Assembly (NCBI GenBank): GCA_041660065.1
Contig: JBAZXC010000001.1
Location: forward strand, 72,535 to 136,534
Reading direction: 5' to 3'
Source of the DNA: Parcubacteria group bacterium
Lineage (GTDB): Bacteria > Patescibacteriota > Minisyncoccia > Moranbacterales > GCA-2747515
DNA: 64,000 nt
Shown: piece by piece, positions 1 through 10,304 of the stretch
Numbering within the stretch: position 1 is the first letter of the stretch
Layout: the number at the start of each line of letters is the position of its first letter
Translations under genes and position numbers: made by a program
Notes under the pieces: model-generated
What the model saw: the letters and a program-made list of their open reading frames with translations, nothing else
The model's database searches: none
Told to the model about the DNA's origin: nothing

Positions 1-1495
1 AGGGAGCGTGGCGATCATTCTTATCCTCAATATCTTGGCAATCCCTTTGTTTTATCTTTTTGTGCGACGATTTTTCGATCAAGGACTTTCTGTGGGACTT
101 ACCGGGATATTTTCTGTATCGATCTTTCTTATCACATATAGTCGTTTCGGGTGGAATCCGAATTTGATCTTGCCATTCACACTTCTTTTTGCATATGCGC
201 TCTTGCGCACGAGTGGACAGCAAAACAAAAATGCAGGATGGTGGCTTGTAACAGCGAGTATTGCACTTGCATTTATCAGCAGTATGCATTTTGTGGCTTT
301 TGTGACAATGCCTCTGATCGCAATCGTATATTTTACATGGGCGCGACCGTGGATCGCTGTGCGTTATTGGATATTGGCAGTTGCGGTATTCATATTTCTC
401 AATGTGCCCCTTATTATCAATGACATCAAGACAGGTGGAGATAATTTTGTCGCATTTATCGATGTGGCATTAAATCGTAGCGGTGGTGAAGATGTTGAAG
501 AAGGGGCGGAAGAAACGTCAAAGTCGCCGCATACATTATTGGATAAGGTTGTTTATAATATTGGGCAACATACGCAATTTTATTGGATGATTGTGACGGG
601 AGATCAGTTGGCTGCAATTCCGGAACTTGATGGAAGCGATCTGCAGTGTAGTTATGATTGTCGCTATGGACTTGTACGCGGTGTCATTTCATTTATTATG
701 ATCTTTTGTGCTTTCGGGTGCTGGGTATTTCTTTATCGCGCAGAAGAAGATCGAGAACGAAAGAATTTTCTCCGTCTCATATTGATATGGTCGGCAGTTT
801 TGTTTCTCGTATATACACCTCTGGCATATGATCTTGCTCCGCGATTTTTCCTTCTTAATGCGCCACTGGCTTTTGTGATCGTTGGGCTATTGCCAAAAGC
901 AATTTCCGCAGAGCATCAAAAATCAGGTCAAATATTTGCTACTATTTTAGTTATGCTGTGTATGGGTGCGAACCTCTATTTTCTCGCGCAGTATTACCAT
1001 GAATTAGCACGCGCAACAACGGACGCATCTCTCGTAATTGCACATCATGATCGTATTCTCAAAGAAAAAGTGCGTGTGACATATGCACAAATGATCGAGA
1101 TCGTGGATTGGATGGAGACGAAATATCGTGCGAATGGGGAGCCGCTTTTTGTGCACGCGCAACCGGAGTACAAAAGAGCGTTTTGGGAACGTGTGGATTA
1201 TCGTGATATTCCGCGTGATCATATTCCCGAAGATCTGAAGCCACTTTTCCGACAAGGTAATTATTTTATTATTATCCGTGCGCAATCAGAACAAAAAGAT
1301 TTCTTGGAAAAATTTTTAGTGGGGTTGGATGTGGTTGAAACCAAAAATTTTGGGACGTTGACCGGATATTATTTGCGTGCGAAACCGGAATTTGTCACGG
1401 ATGAAAAAAAAGTATTTCGTGAGAATGATAGGGATCCTGTGTTTGCAGATGGCGTACAAAAACGATATCTCTGGCGACAGATATTTGAAAAATAG
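1..1495 (+). CDS. ArnT/PMT-like (GT-C fold) membrane glycosyltransferase, 5'-partial
   Basis: Frame is open to the window edge; many TM segments; 'SRFGWNPNL' and 'PRFFLL' motifs typical of GT39/GT83-like proteins. Confidence 0.7.
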   Translation, partial: GSVAIILILNILAIPLFYLFVRRFFDQGLSVGLTGIFSVSIFLITYSRFGWNPNLILPFTLLFAYALLRTSGQQNKNAGWWLVTASIALAFISSMHFVAFVTMPLIAIVYFTWARPWIAVRYWILAVAVFIFLNVPLIINDIKTGGDNFVAFIDVALNRSGGEDVEEGAEETSKSPHTLLDKVVYNIGQHTQFYWMIVTGDQLAAIPELDGSDLQCSYDCRYGLVRGVISFIMIFCAFGCWVFLYRAEEDRERKNFLRLILIWSAVLFLVYTPLAYDLAPRFFLLNAPLAFVIVGLLPKAISAEHQKSGQIFATILVMLCMGANLYFLAQYYHELARATTDASLVIAHHDRILKEKVRVTYAQMIEIVDWMETKYRANGEPLFVHAQPEYKRAFWERVDYRDIPRDHIPEDLKPLFRQGNYFIIIRAQSEQKDFLEKFLVGLDVVETKNFGTLTGYYLRAKPEFVTDEKKVFRENDRDPVFADGVQKRYLWRQIFEK

Positions 1496-1578
1496 CGATG
1501 TGGATGGGTAACGATATGTTGTGAGGGTAATCCGGAGATGTTATAATTGTGGATAATTAAATACATAACAAAAAAAAT

Positions 1579-2553
1579 ATGGAAAGATTGAAGAAATACC
1601 TCGTTATTCTTGTTGTGGCAATTGTCGTGTTAGCGGCGATTATTACAGCATTGCGTATGACGAGCAATTCTCGTCCATCCAATAATACTGTGGGAGTTAC
1701 AAAGGGATTTGGTGCGCCAGGTGTCACGCGATCATCCGCACCGATGGACACAGTGATGTCTGCTACGAGTGGTAGGGATTCTATGGAGGGCATAGCTGTA
1801 GGGGAAATGGCACCAATGGCTGATGTGGAAAGTGTTCCCATAGAGAAAAAAGAGATCAAAAATGGCAGTTTGACGATGCGCGTCAATGATGTGGATCGTG
1901 CGGTAGAACAAATGACTGCAGTTGCTACAGAACACAAAGGTGAGGTCTATTCGTCAAATTTTTATCAAGATACGCAGGATATCAAAAGTGGAACCGTAGA
2001 GGTGCGTGTGCCGGTTGATCAATTTGGCAGTACGTTTGAGGCGCTCAAAAAAGTAGCGACGGTTGTGGTGGGCGAATCAACCTCTGGGCAAGATGTCACG
2101 CTGGCATATCGTGATTTGCAAGCACGGCTCAAGAATAAACAAGCTGAAGAACAATCTTTTCTCAAAATTCTTGAACAATCCGGTAAATTGTCAGATGTGA
2201 TCGATGTAACGCGAGAGGTATCGCGTGTGCGCGGAGAGATCGAGCAATTACAAGCGCAGATCACATATATGGAATCACAAACAGACTATGCCACGATCAC
2301 AATCTCTGTGACAGAGGATGAGAATGTGACTTTTTCCGATCAATGGCGACCATTGCAGGTGGCAAAAGAAACGATCAATGGACTACTGAGTGATATGCAG
2401 GGATTTGTAAATTTTGTGATCGTTTTGGTCATTCGTGTGATCCCGATCATGATCCTCTATGGATTTATCGCATGGGTTTTTTATGTTGTTGTCAAAAAGA
2501 TCATTCACGCACTGAGGGGTAAGAAAAATGATGTAAGTGTAAACAATCAATAA
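1579..2553 (+). CDS. DUF4349 domain membrane protein
   Basis: N-terminal TM; 'GQDVTLAYRDLQARL' and 'LSDVIDVTREVSRVRGEIEQ' coiled coil; C-terminal TM. Confidence 0.8.
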   Translation: MERLKKYLVILVVAIVVLAAIITALRMTSNSRPSNNTVGVTKGFGAPGVTRSSAPMDTVMSATSGRDSMEGIAVGEMAPMADVESVPIEKKEIKNGSLTMRVNDVDRAVEQMTAVATEHKGEVYSSNFYQDTQDIKSGTVEVRVPVDQFGSTFEALKKVATVVVGESTSGQDVTLAYRDLQARLKNKQAEEQSFLKILEQSGKLSDVIDVTREVSRVRGEIEQLQAQITYMESQTDYATITISVTEDENVTFSDQWRPLQVAKETINGLLSDMQGFVNFVIVLVIRVIPIMILYGFIAWVFYVVVKKIIHALRGKKNDVSVNNQ

Positions 2554-2568
2554 TATAAGTTTTTTTCT

Positions 2569-2874
2569 ATGGATTTCTCCCAAATGAATGAAGAGATCAT
2601 TGCAACGGCGCAGGGATATTGTGACACGTATAGTATTGAACCGAGCAAAGAATTTGCCGTACTTAAGCTTTATGAAGAAGTGGGGGAGTTTGCACAGGCG
2701 TTTTTGATCCATGAGCGCATGAGTCGTCCGGAAAAATTCATGGACGAGAAGGATTCGCGGGAACGTATGGCGCAAGAGTTGGCTGATGTTGTCGGCATGT
2801 CACTTTTTGTGGCACATGTGCTGGGCATTGATATGGAGAAAGCGCTCCAAAAGAAATGGACCAACCGGGTTTGA
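2569..2874 (+). CDS. MazG-like NTP pyrophosphohydrolase
   Basis: 'KLYEEVGEFAQA...ELADV' EExxE/ExxD motif. Confidence 0.8.
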   Translation: MDFSQMNEEIIATAQGYCDTYSIEPSKEFAVLKLYEEVGEFAQAFLIHERMSRPEKFMDEKDSRERMAQELADVVGMSLFVAHVLGIDMEKALQKKWTNRV

Positions 2875-2907
2875 TTTATCAAAATGTAATTTATTAAACG
2901 AAAAAAT

Positions 2908-3657
2908 ATGGACATCAAGTCGACCACTATTACCAATATATGCTTGATCGCGATCGTCATCTGTGTGGCATATATGATCTTTGCGGGAAAAAATATCACC
3001 GTGGATATGAACCAGTCTTCTCTTGAGCACACGATCTCTGTCGATGGTAAGGCAGAAACATTTGTAAAGCCGGATACGGCAAAAGTGTCATTTGGTGTAA
3101 CGTCAAAAAATATATCAACTGATGTGGCGACAAAATCTGTCAATGAACGGATGAATACACTGGTGGGGGAGTTAGCAAAAAATGGTGTAGAGGAAAAAGA
3201 TATCAAAACGGTCAACTATGAGATCTCTCCGGAATATTCATATAATGACGGTGTACAGAGATTTGAGGGATATCGCGTGTCACAGCGTGTAGAAGTGATC
3301 ATGCGCGATTTGGAGAAGGTTTCCGATGTGTTGGGTGTTGTAAATAGTGCTGATCTCGATAATGTGTCACAACTGACATTCTTTGTGGATGACGATGAAT
3401 CGATCAAAAAGGAATTGCGTGAGCAAGCAATTGCTGATGCTGAAGAAAACGCACAGAAAATTGCAAAGAATCTCGGTGTGCAGATCGAAAGTGTGGTGAG
3501 TTTTTATGACTATAGTAACGATACGCCACCGTCGGAGCCTATGTATGCGATGGAAAAATCCGGTATGGGTGGCAGTGACGTGGCATCTGCGCCGGTTGTG
3601 CCGGAGGGAGAAAATCAATTTGTGTCAAAAATTTCTGTAACGTATAAGATCAAATAG
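2908..3657 (+). CDS. SIMPL/DUF541 domain protein
   Basis: 'TISVDGKAETFVKPDTAKVSFGV', 'AIADAEENAQKIA', 'PEGENQ...VTY'. Confidence 0.85.
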   Translation: MDIKSTTITNICLIAIVICVAYMIFAGKNITVDMNQSSLEHTISVDGKAETFVKPDTAKVSFGVTSKNISTDVATKSVNERMNTLVGELAKNGVEEKDIKTVNYEISPEYSYNDGVQRFEGYRVSQRVEVIMRDLEKVSDVLGVVNSADLDNVSQLTFFVDDDESIKKELREQAIADAEENAQKIAKNLGVQIESVVSFYDYSNDTPPSEPMYAMEKSGMGGSDVASAPVVPEGENQFVSKISVTYKIK

Positions 3658-3705
3658 TATTTTTGGGTGATAGACAGATCATACGTAAACAAAAAGCCAC
3701 TTTTT

Positions 3706-4884
3706 TTAAGTGGTTTTTTGTTGCAACCGAATTGTATTGACTAGCATCGTGGCGATTGCCGCAAGGAGAAATGTCCATTGCAAACCAACAAATATGGCCA
3801 TGACCATCGCTGTAGCATAAAGGAAAATCCTTCCGATGTTTATAGCCATTTCTTTGATGACGGTAAATTCATCCACATAATGTCCTTGATCGGCTGAGAG
3901 ATCATAGGTGATCGCGTCAAGGGAATTTTGTGAGAGAGCTTTGGTGAGTTTGTGGTAGGTATCTGCAAGAAAAATGTGAAAGCCGGTGATAATGAATATT
4001 TTGACGAGCCATCCGAGTGCATAAAGGATGGAATTGATCTTTAGCATTTTTTTCCTTTTGTGGTGGGTATCGGCGTATCTACCGATGAACATTTCCAATA
4101 GCACTGTAACCCCGATCGTGAGTGCTGAAATCATTCCAATCGACATATAATCGCCATTGAGAAGATTGAAAATAAATATTGGCCAAATGATCGTACCGAC
4201 AGAAGATTCTGCACTATCGGCAACATATGCGATCATCGCAGGGCGATACTTTTTCGCGCAGAGGTTTCTCCATGTTTGCATATATGTCCATGAAAATTTT
4301 TCATGAACATTGGAAAGCGAGAGAAGAGGAATGAGTGACGTGGCATAAACGATTATGCCAACGATAAAGAGTAGTTGATAGGATGCATATGCAAGGATCA
4401 CACCCGCGATCAGTGGTGCAATGATGCCAATGATATGCATAGTTGCCATAAATGTGCTGACCTCACGCATGCGGTTGTTTTGATCGGAGAATGTAGCAAA
4501 CATGGTGTGATACGGCAGCCAGTATAATAAGCGAAATGCAGTGATAAAAAATAAGGCGATGCCGATCGTCTGGTGGATGTTTTGAGGTGTGGTGATGCCG
4601 AGAATGAGAAGAAAAAGGATGTCCGCGATCGTTGCAATATAGAGAGAGCCTTTTAAACTGAATTTCTCAATATATTTTGTGGTAAGTGGCAAAGGAAGCA
4701 GATAGAGAAAAGAGCCAATGAGATAGAATAATAGTACTTTTTGGATATTGTGTCCAAGCATTTCATACAAGAAAATTGGCACAAAGATCGCAAAAAATCC
4801 ATTTGAGAAAAAAACAATGGTGCGGCTAATATAAAGATATGTGAGGTCATGAGAAATTTTTCCGGTAAAATATTTGAAATTCAT
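3706..4884 (-). CDS. MFS transporter
   Basis: About 12 TM segments; 'IFVPIFLY' and 'IIAPLIAG' patterns. Confidence 0.7.
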   Translation of the reverse strand: MNFKYFTGKISHDLTYLYISRTIVFFSNGFFAIFVPIFLYEMLGHNIQKVLLFYLIGSFLYLLPLPLTTKYIEKFSLKGSLYIATIADILFLLILGITTPQNIHQTIGIALFFITAFRLLYWLPYHTMFATFSDQNNRMREVSTFMATMHIIGIIAPLIAGVILAYASYQLLFIVGIIVYATSLIPLLSLSNVHEKFSWTYMQTWRNLCAKKYRPAMIAYVADSAESSVGTIIWPIFIFNLLNGDYMSIGMISALTIGVTVLLEMFIGRYADTHHKRKKMLKINSILYALGWLVKIFIITGFHIFLADTYHKLTKALSQNSLDAITYDLSADQGHYVDEFTVIKEMAINIGRIFLYATAMVMAIFVGLQWTFLLAAIATMLVNTIRLQQKTT

Positions 4885-4922
4885 TTTTGTTTTTTTATTG
4901 CGCGTAGTAAATTATATGGATG

Positions 4923-6395
4923 TCACATTCTTTTTTTGCGCTTCAGGAACAGTGCGATATCATGATCTGTAAGTTGTCCCGATATGCGTAGTGTCCCAAA
5001 ATAGATCACACACAGAATAATGCTGGAAATGATGAAAGTAAAAGTGCCTGCAGGGAGAAATATGGAGAAAAAGATCATTAGGATCGCGGCAATGATCGAC
5101 ATGATCCACAGCATGATCGGCATGTGCACGGCAAAGTGTTTTTTGATATAGATGAGTGATCCAATCATAAGGAAAAGTGAGGTAACAACAACGGAAAATG
5201 ATGCACCGATGAGTTCAAATTGTGGGATCAATATAAAGTTTAGCGTAACATTGAGAATAAGTCCCCACAGTGTGAGCCACATAGGGATCTTGACCAATCC
5301 GGCGCCGTTCAAAACAAAGCTAAGCACATAAAAAACCGTGAGAAATCCGGCACCGATCACATAAAGACTCATGGGGTACACCGCCTCAAGGTAGTCTTTG
5401 CCATAAATGAGGAGAATGGTTTGTCTGCTGTAGAGTGCGAGAAGTGTGACAAGCGGAAAAAGAACAAAAAGCATCAGGCGGAGAGATTTATTGATTAGGC
5501 TGGAGGTCTCTGTTTCTTTACGTTCGGCTGTTGTTTTGGAGATTGCCGGTAAAAGGATGATGGTAAGCGCGTAGAAGAGAAAATACGGGATCCGTCCGGC
5601 GGTGAGTGCGGCATTGTAAATACCGGTCAAGTGGTCGCTGTGAAGGAGTGATTTGACGAAGTAGAGATCAATTGTCGAAATGAGTTCATAGAAAAGCAAA
5701 AAGAGAGTTAATGGCCATGCGTAGTTGAGGATTGTCTTGGCAGAAAATGTTTTTGCTGTGCTCATGGGATGATCTTTGATCGCGGGAAAATAGCGATGTG
5801 TGATGATGATGTCGCAAATGATCGCAACGGAAAAAACAAAAAGTGGCGCGACGATATAACCTGAAATCGCACCCTTCACGCCAAAGAAATATGCGAGACC
5901 GATGATAAAAATCACGCGACTGGTTGCGCGCACAGTCTTGAGTATGGATTGCAGACGAAAGAAATGCAATCCGGTGTAAAAATAAAAATAAAAGGATGCT
6001 GCGGCGAAAGCGGGAATGATGAGGGCGGAGAGTTGAAAAAGCGGTGTGAGTGATGAATCGCCAAGGAGATAGGCAATGACCGGTGCGAGGATAAAAAATA
6101 CAACAGTGACACTTGCCATGAGAAGTGCTTGCATTTTCATGCTTTTGCGTTTGATCGGTCGAATCTGTTCCGGATCGCTTTCGATGATCTCGCTTAAATA
6201 TTTTGACATGGCGGTGGGGATGCCATTGCCAATCAAAATCACGATCATAGTGGTGAGTGTGATCACGAGACTGTAGCGACCATAATCATCCGGCTCAAGG
6301 ATGCGTCCAAGTGCGCTGTGGATGACATAACCGGCAGCGTTAAAAATGATTTCCGATATGGTGAGCCAGACGAGTGAACGGGAAAAATTTTTCAT
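4923..6395 (-). CDS. Wzx-like oligosaccharide flippase (MOP family)
   Basis: 'LGRILEPDDYGRYS', 'GIYNAA', 'LLPAISK', 'LNFILIPQFELIGAS'; ATG at 6395 preferred over the track start. Confidence 0.85.
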   Translation of the reverse strand: MKNFSRSLVWLTISEIIFNAAGYVIHSALGRILEPDDYGRYSLVITLTTMIVILIGNGIPTAMSKYLSEIIESDPEQIRPIKRKSMKMQALLMASVTVVFFILAPVIAYLLGDSSLTPLFQLSALIIPAFAAASFYFYFYTGLHFFRLQSILKTVRATSRVIFIIGLAYFFGVKGAISGYIVAPLFVFSVAIICDIIITHRYFPAIKDHPMSTAKTFSAKTILNYAWPLTLFLLFYELISTIDLYFVKSLLHSDHLTGIYNAALTAGRIPYFLFYALTIILLPAISKTTAERKETETSSLINKSLRLMLFVLFPLVTLLALYSRQTILLIYGKDYLEAVYPMSLYVIGAGFLTVFYVLSFVLNGAGLVKIPMWLTLWGLILNVTLNFILIPQFELIGASFSVVVTSLFLMIGSLIYIKKHFAVHMPIMLWIMSIIAAILMIFFSIFLPAGTFTFIISSIILCVIYFGTLRISGQLTDHDIALFLKRKKRM

Positions 6396-6410
6396 AAAAC
6401 AGAATGTCAA

Positions 6411-7007
6411 TCAATTACTTTTGTGTAAAACAGTTTCCAAAATTTGTGTGGCAATGACGGAACGATCGCGATCGCCGTCCAGGGACACAAAATGGAAAAG
6501 ATCATTGTATGTGTTGTATAAATTGTTTTTGTCGATAAGGTATGACACGCCTTGCGCAGGCGCAATATTGCGTTGCATGATCTTGTAGGGATCAACAGCG
6601 AGATAAAATGCATGGTCTGGCATGATCAGCATATTTTGAAAAAATGGGATGTATTTTTTACGGGAAAGATATGCGATGTTGACGATCATATCAAAAAAGT
6701 ATCGGTCGGATAAAATATAGTCATACTTTTGCCGAGAAAGTCGTGTGACCAATAAGCGAAAGCGCATCAGATCGATCACGAGTGCGATCTTGCGCATGCA
6801 GATCGCGATCCATGACGCATGTGAGACATCATACGTCTTACCGTCGGACGATCTTTTTTTACCTGCGTTGAGGATATTGGCAACAGAAAAGGTGATCGCA
6901 TGGAAATAAAAAACCTTATGACCGCGATTCTCAAGTTCTTTTTGCAATAGATCGATTTGGGTGGATTTTCCTGATCCGTCAAGGCCGGAAATTGAGATGA
7001 TTTGCAT
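6411..7007 (-). CDS. Thymidylate kinase-like P-loop kinase
   Basis: 'GLDGSGKSTQ' P-loop and 'DRY' motif. Confidence 0.75.
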   Translation of the reverse strand: MQIISISGLDGSGKSTQIDLLQKELENRGHKVFYFHAITFSVANILNAGKKRSSDGKTYDVSHASWIAICMRKIALVIDLMRFRLLVTRLSRQKYDYILSDRYFFDMIVNIAYLSRKKYIPFFQNMLIMPDHAFYLAVDPYKIMQRNIAPAQGVSYLIDKNNLYNTYNDLFHFVSLDGDRDRSVIATQILETVLHKSN

Positions 7008-7367
7008 GAGAAAATGGTAATGATTATGCGGATTTTTCTGTACTCAAGTGTAGCACAAAATAGCATGAAATGGTAGTAATTTTACTGTGTTGATTATTAT
7101 TCTTCAAGCAGGTATTATTATGGTAGGTTTGCAGATTGTTCTTTGGCAAAAAGGCCGTGTTTGTTTTTTTATGCTTTTTTGAGAGGTGATCTATGGAAAG
7201 TGTAGGGTGGGTCGTTCTTTGTGTGGCTGTTGTGATATTCACATTGCGTAAGAGAATTTATGAGAAGGTACAGTATTTGCTGTATAGACTTGGCTTTTGA
7301 AAATCTGATGATCGGGAGATCCACATACGGATCTCCCGGAATTTTTTAAATAGTGTATCAAAGATAT

Positions 7368-7916
7368 ATGGCAGATGAACGTATAGATATTTGCGATGAG
7401 ACTAATCATCTGACAGGTTTTCAACGGATGAAAAGTGAAGCGCATGAAAACGGTTTATGGCACAGAGTGGCGCATGTGTGGATTTATAATACAAAGGGAG
7501 ATATCCTCATACAATTACGCGCAAAGGAGAAATTGCTGTATCCGAATAGGTGGGATGTATCGGTTGCAGGACATGTGGGTGCGGGGGAAGAACCTCTTGC
7601 ATCGGCACTGCGAGAAGTACAAGAAGAGATCGGACTCACGGTCAAAGAAGATGATCTGCAATTTTTTATGATCAGGAAAGTCGCTATGGTCTATGAAAAT
7701 ATACACAACAATGAATTTTATTACGTGTATTTCTTACCATTTGATGGAGATATTGCACAGGTGAAACTGCAAAAGGAAGAAGTGCAAGAAATTCGATTTG
7801 TCTCTACGCGGTGGATCACAGCAGATCTAAAAAATAATCCCGATAGATATGTGCGGCATGGCAAATACTGGAATGATGCAATAGATGGAATTGAAAGTAT
7901 TTTGCATAAGAAATAA
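7368..7916 (+). CDS. NUDIX hydrolase (Idi/YfcD-like)
   Basis: 'HENGLWHRVAHVWI'; Nudix box 'AGHVGAGEEPLASALREVQEEIG'. Confidence 0.85.
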   Translation: MADERIDICDETNHLTGFQRMKSEAHENGLWHRVAHVWIYNTKGDILIQLRAKEKLLYPNRWDVSVAGHVGAGEEPLASALREVQEEIGLTVKEDDLQFFMIRKVAMVYENIHNNEFYYVYFLPFDGDIAQVKLQKEEVQEIRFVSTRWITADLKNNPDRYVRHGKYWNDAIDGIESILHKK

Positions 7917-7971
7917 ATAATTTTGTGAAAAAATCAATCGTAAAAAGAGATTAAATCATTATCGAATACAC

Positions 7972-8556
7972 ATGGACGAAATTCAAACACGAGATATTAT
8001 CAAAAAAGCACGTGAGATTTTTTATGTGATGGTTGATAATTTTGGATCAGATCCATACGGATTGCTTTCTCATGTGCCAGAAATGGAAAAATGGGCACAT
8101 TTTATGTTACGACGATATCCAAATGCTGATGCAGAAGTAGTGTTATTGGCAGTGTGGTTGCATGATATCGGACATTACCCGGTACCAACAGAAGAGGATC
8201 ACGCAGTGCGTGGAGAAATACGGGCGCGCGATTTTTTTGAAAAAGAAAATTATGCGACAGATCGTATGCACGCAGTATTGCATTGCGTGCGGGCGCATCG
8301 CTGTCGCGATGTTATGCCGGAAACCGTGGAAGCAAAGGTCGTCGCATTTATTGATTCTGCCAGTCACATGACAGATGCAATGTACTTCAATATGATGAAA
8401 GAAGATAAAGAAAAAAATGCACAGTTCAGGGTATACGCAAAAATGGAACGGGACTATCGAGACCTGGGTTTCTTTCCAGAGATGCAAGAGGAATTGAGAG
8501 GTATGCATGATGCGTGGAAGAACTTATTGCAAGAATATGAAAAAATTGACGTGTAG
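7972..8556 (+). CDS. HD-domain phosphohydrolase
   Basis: 'H...WLHDIGH...DHA...H...D' pattern. Confidence 0.8.
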   Translation: MDEIQTRDIIKKAREIFYVMVDNFGSDPYGLLSHVPEMEKWAHFMLRRYPNADAEVVLLAVWLHDIGHYPVPTEEDHAVRGEIRARDFFEKENYATDRMHAVLHCVRAHRCRDVMPETVEAKVVAFIDSASHMTDAMYFNMMKEDKEKNAQFRVYAKMERDYRDLGFFPEMQEELRGMHDAWKNLLQEYEKIDV

Positions 8557-8603
8557 GAAATGTGATTGCACAGCATGTGGTATATAAATGTTAATGAAAT
8601 GTT

Positions 8604-9173
8604 ATGAGTAGAAGCACCCTGATCATTGTATCCGGTCTTCCCGGGACGGGAAAAACAACTTTGTCCAAAAGGATCTCTGATCAATTCGTCTTGCCTTTGG
8701 TTAGTATGGATGCAGTCAAAGAAACGATGTGGGATACCATGGGACATAAATTTGATTTTGAATTCAGTGACAAGATCGGTCGAACGGCATTTGAATTGGT
8801 GTTTTATTATATCAATGAAGCTTTGTCTAAGGGCGTCTCTTTGGTGGTCGAGGCACATTTTAGTCCGAAAAGAAATAATGAAAGAATAAACAAATTAAAA
8901 GAAATGTATGATGTCAATCTCTTGCAGATCCATTGTGACTGCGAAACAGAACCTTTGCGAAAAAGATTCAAAGAACGAATGAAAAAGGACAGCTATCATA
9001 AAGGACATAAGCACACCATAGATCTTTATGGGGAAGAGAGAATCTTGCATAGTTTGGGAATAAAAGACAAACGATTGGATATCAATGGCGTTACGTATGA
9101 CCTTGACACTACAAATCCGGAAGCAATCAATTATGAGAAATTATTTGGGTTTATAAAAGAACATATAAAATAG
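8604..9173 (+). CDS. AAA_33-type P-loop kinase
   Basis: 'GLPGTGKTT', 'LVVEA', 'LRKRFKER' lid. Confidence 0.75.
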   Translation: MSRSTLIIVSGLPGTGKTTLSKRISDQFVLPLVSMDAVKETMWDTMGHKFDFEFSDKIGRTAFELVFYYINEALSKGVSLVVEAHFSPKRNNERINKLKEMYDVNLLQIHCDCETEPLRKRFKERMKKDSYHKGHKHTIDLYGEERILHSLGIKDKRLDINGVTYDLDTTNPEAINYEKLFGFIKEHIK

Positions 9174-9184
9174 ACAAAATTAGT

Positions 9185-9601
9185 ATGACAAGATTATGCA
9201 GTGCCTGCTTACTTGGTGTGCCGTGTCGCTATAATGGTGCGAGTAAGCCAAATGAAAAAATTTTAGTATTGGCAAAAAATGAAATGCTAATTCCCGTATG
9301 TCCGGAACAACTTGGTGGTTTGTCTACCCCACGCAAACCGGCAGAACGGTGTGGCAAATGTGTTGTTGCACGTGACGGAGAAGATGTGACAGAGCAATTT
9401 ATGCGTGGAGCACAAGAGGTTTTGAAAATCGCAAAACTTTATGATATAAAAAGTGCAATTTTCAAACAATGCAGCCCGTCATGTGGGTGCGGACAGATCT
9501 ATGATGGCAGTTTCACAGGAAGGATCATTAAAGGGGATGGCATTACCACGCAATTATTAAAAGAAAATGGTACAGAAGTTTTAAGCGATGAGGATGTGTG
9601 A
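9185..9601 (+). CDS. DUF523 / TudS (2-thiouracil desulfidase) family protein
   Basis: 'SACLLGVPCRYNG', 'CPEQLGGLSTPR', 'SPSCG'. Confidence 0.85.
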   Translation: MTRLCSACLLGVPCRYNGASKPNEKILVLAKNEMLIPVCPEQLGGLSTPRKPAERCGKCVVARDGEDVTEQFMRGAQEVLKIAKLYDIKSAIFKQCSPSCGCGQIYDGSFTGRIIKGDGITTQLLKENGTEVLSDEDV

Positions 9602-9740
9602 TAACACAAGTATTTTTTGAACGAACCTTTACATCTTTTCATTTTTTTGTTAGACTTGGCACAATAAATTTTTTGCTCTTTAAACATCAATGAAATCGTA
9701 ATTTTAGATTGTAAAAAAATTAGAATCTGGAGGTGTGCTT

Positions 9741-10148
9741 ATGGGCTGTCCATTTTGTGATGTAGTCAATATTAGTAAAATTGTGCTTTTCCAGACGGAT
9801 TTTGCAATTGCGATCATGAATCTTTACCCTGTGACACGAGGACATTTGCTCGTAGTGCCGAAGTTGCATGTGAGTTCTCTATCTGAATTGGGATATTCCT
9901 CTTGTTGTGATTTGATCACATCAATACAAAAGGTGACAAATATCGTTAAAATGCATTTAAAACCTGAGGGTGTAAATGTTTTTTTGAACGAAGGGAAAAT
10001 CGCCGGACAAACTCTCGAGCATTTACATGTCCATGTTGTTCCAAGATATATTGATGATAATCTAAGAAATTTTGAGAGAATGAATTCTGAGCGCATCCTA
10101 TTGTCAGAAAATGATAGTGCTAGGCTTAGAGAGATTTTTGGTCAATAA
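9741..10148 (+). CDS. HIT family hydrolase
   Basis: 'CPFC', 'GHLLVVPK', 'AGQTLEHLHVHVVPR'. Confidence 0.9.
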   Translation: MGCPFCDVVNISKIVLFQTDFAIAIMNLYPVTRGHLLVVPKLHVSSLSELGYSSCCDLITSIQKVTNIVKMHLKPEGVNVFLNEGKIAGQTLEHLHVHVVPRYIDDNLRNFERMNSERILLSENDSARLREIFGQ

Positions 10149-10304
10149 TCATTTTGCAATTAATATGCAGATGTATCTAGGAGCTCGATCAATATTGCAT
10201 TGGGCTCTTTTTGTAACCAATGTATCCGAGTATAAAATAGTATTTTTTGAAAAATCAGTTATTATATATAGCAAGTTTCATTAATAGTAAATTTTGGATA
10301 AAAT

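Noticed and set aside
7313-7338. Perfect 10-bp inverted repeat CGGGAGATCC/GGATCTCCCG
   Set aside because: Single copy; it could be an operator or hairpin but cannot be assigned.
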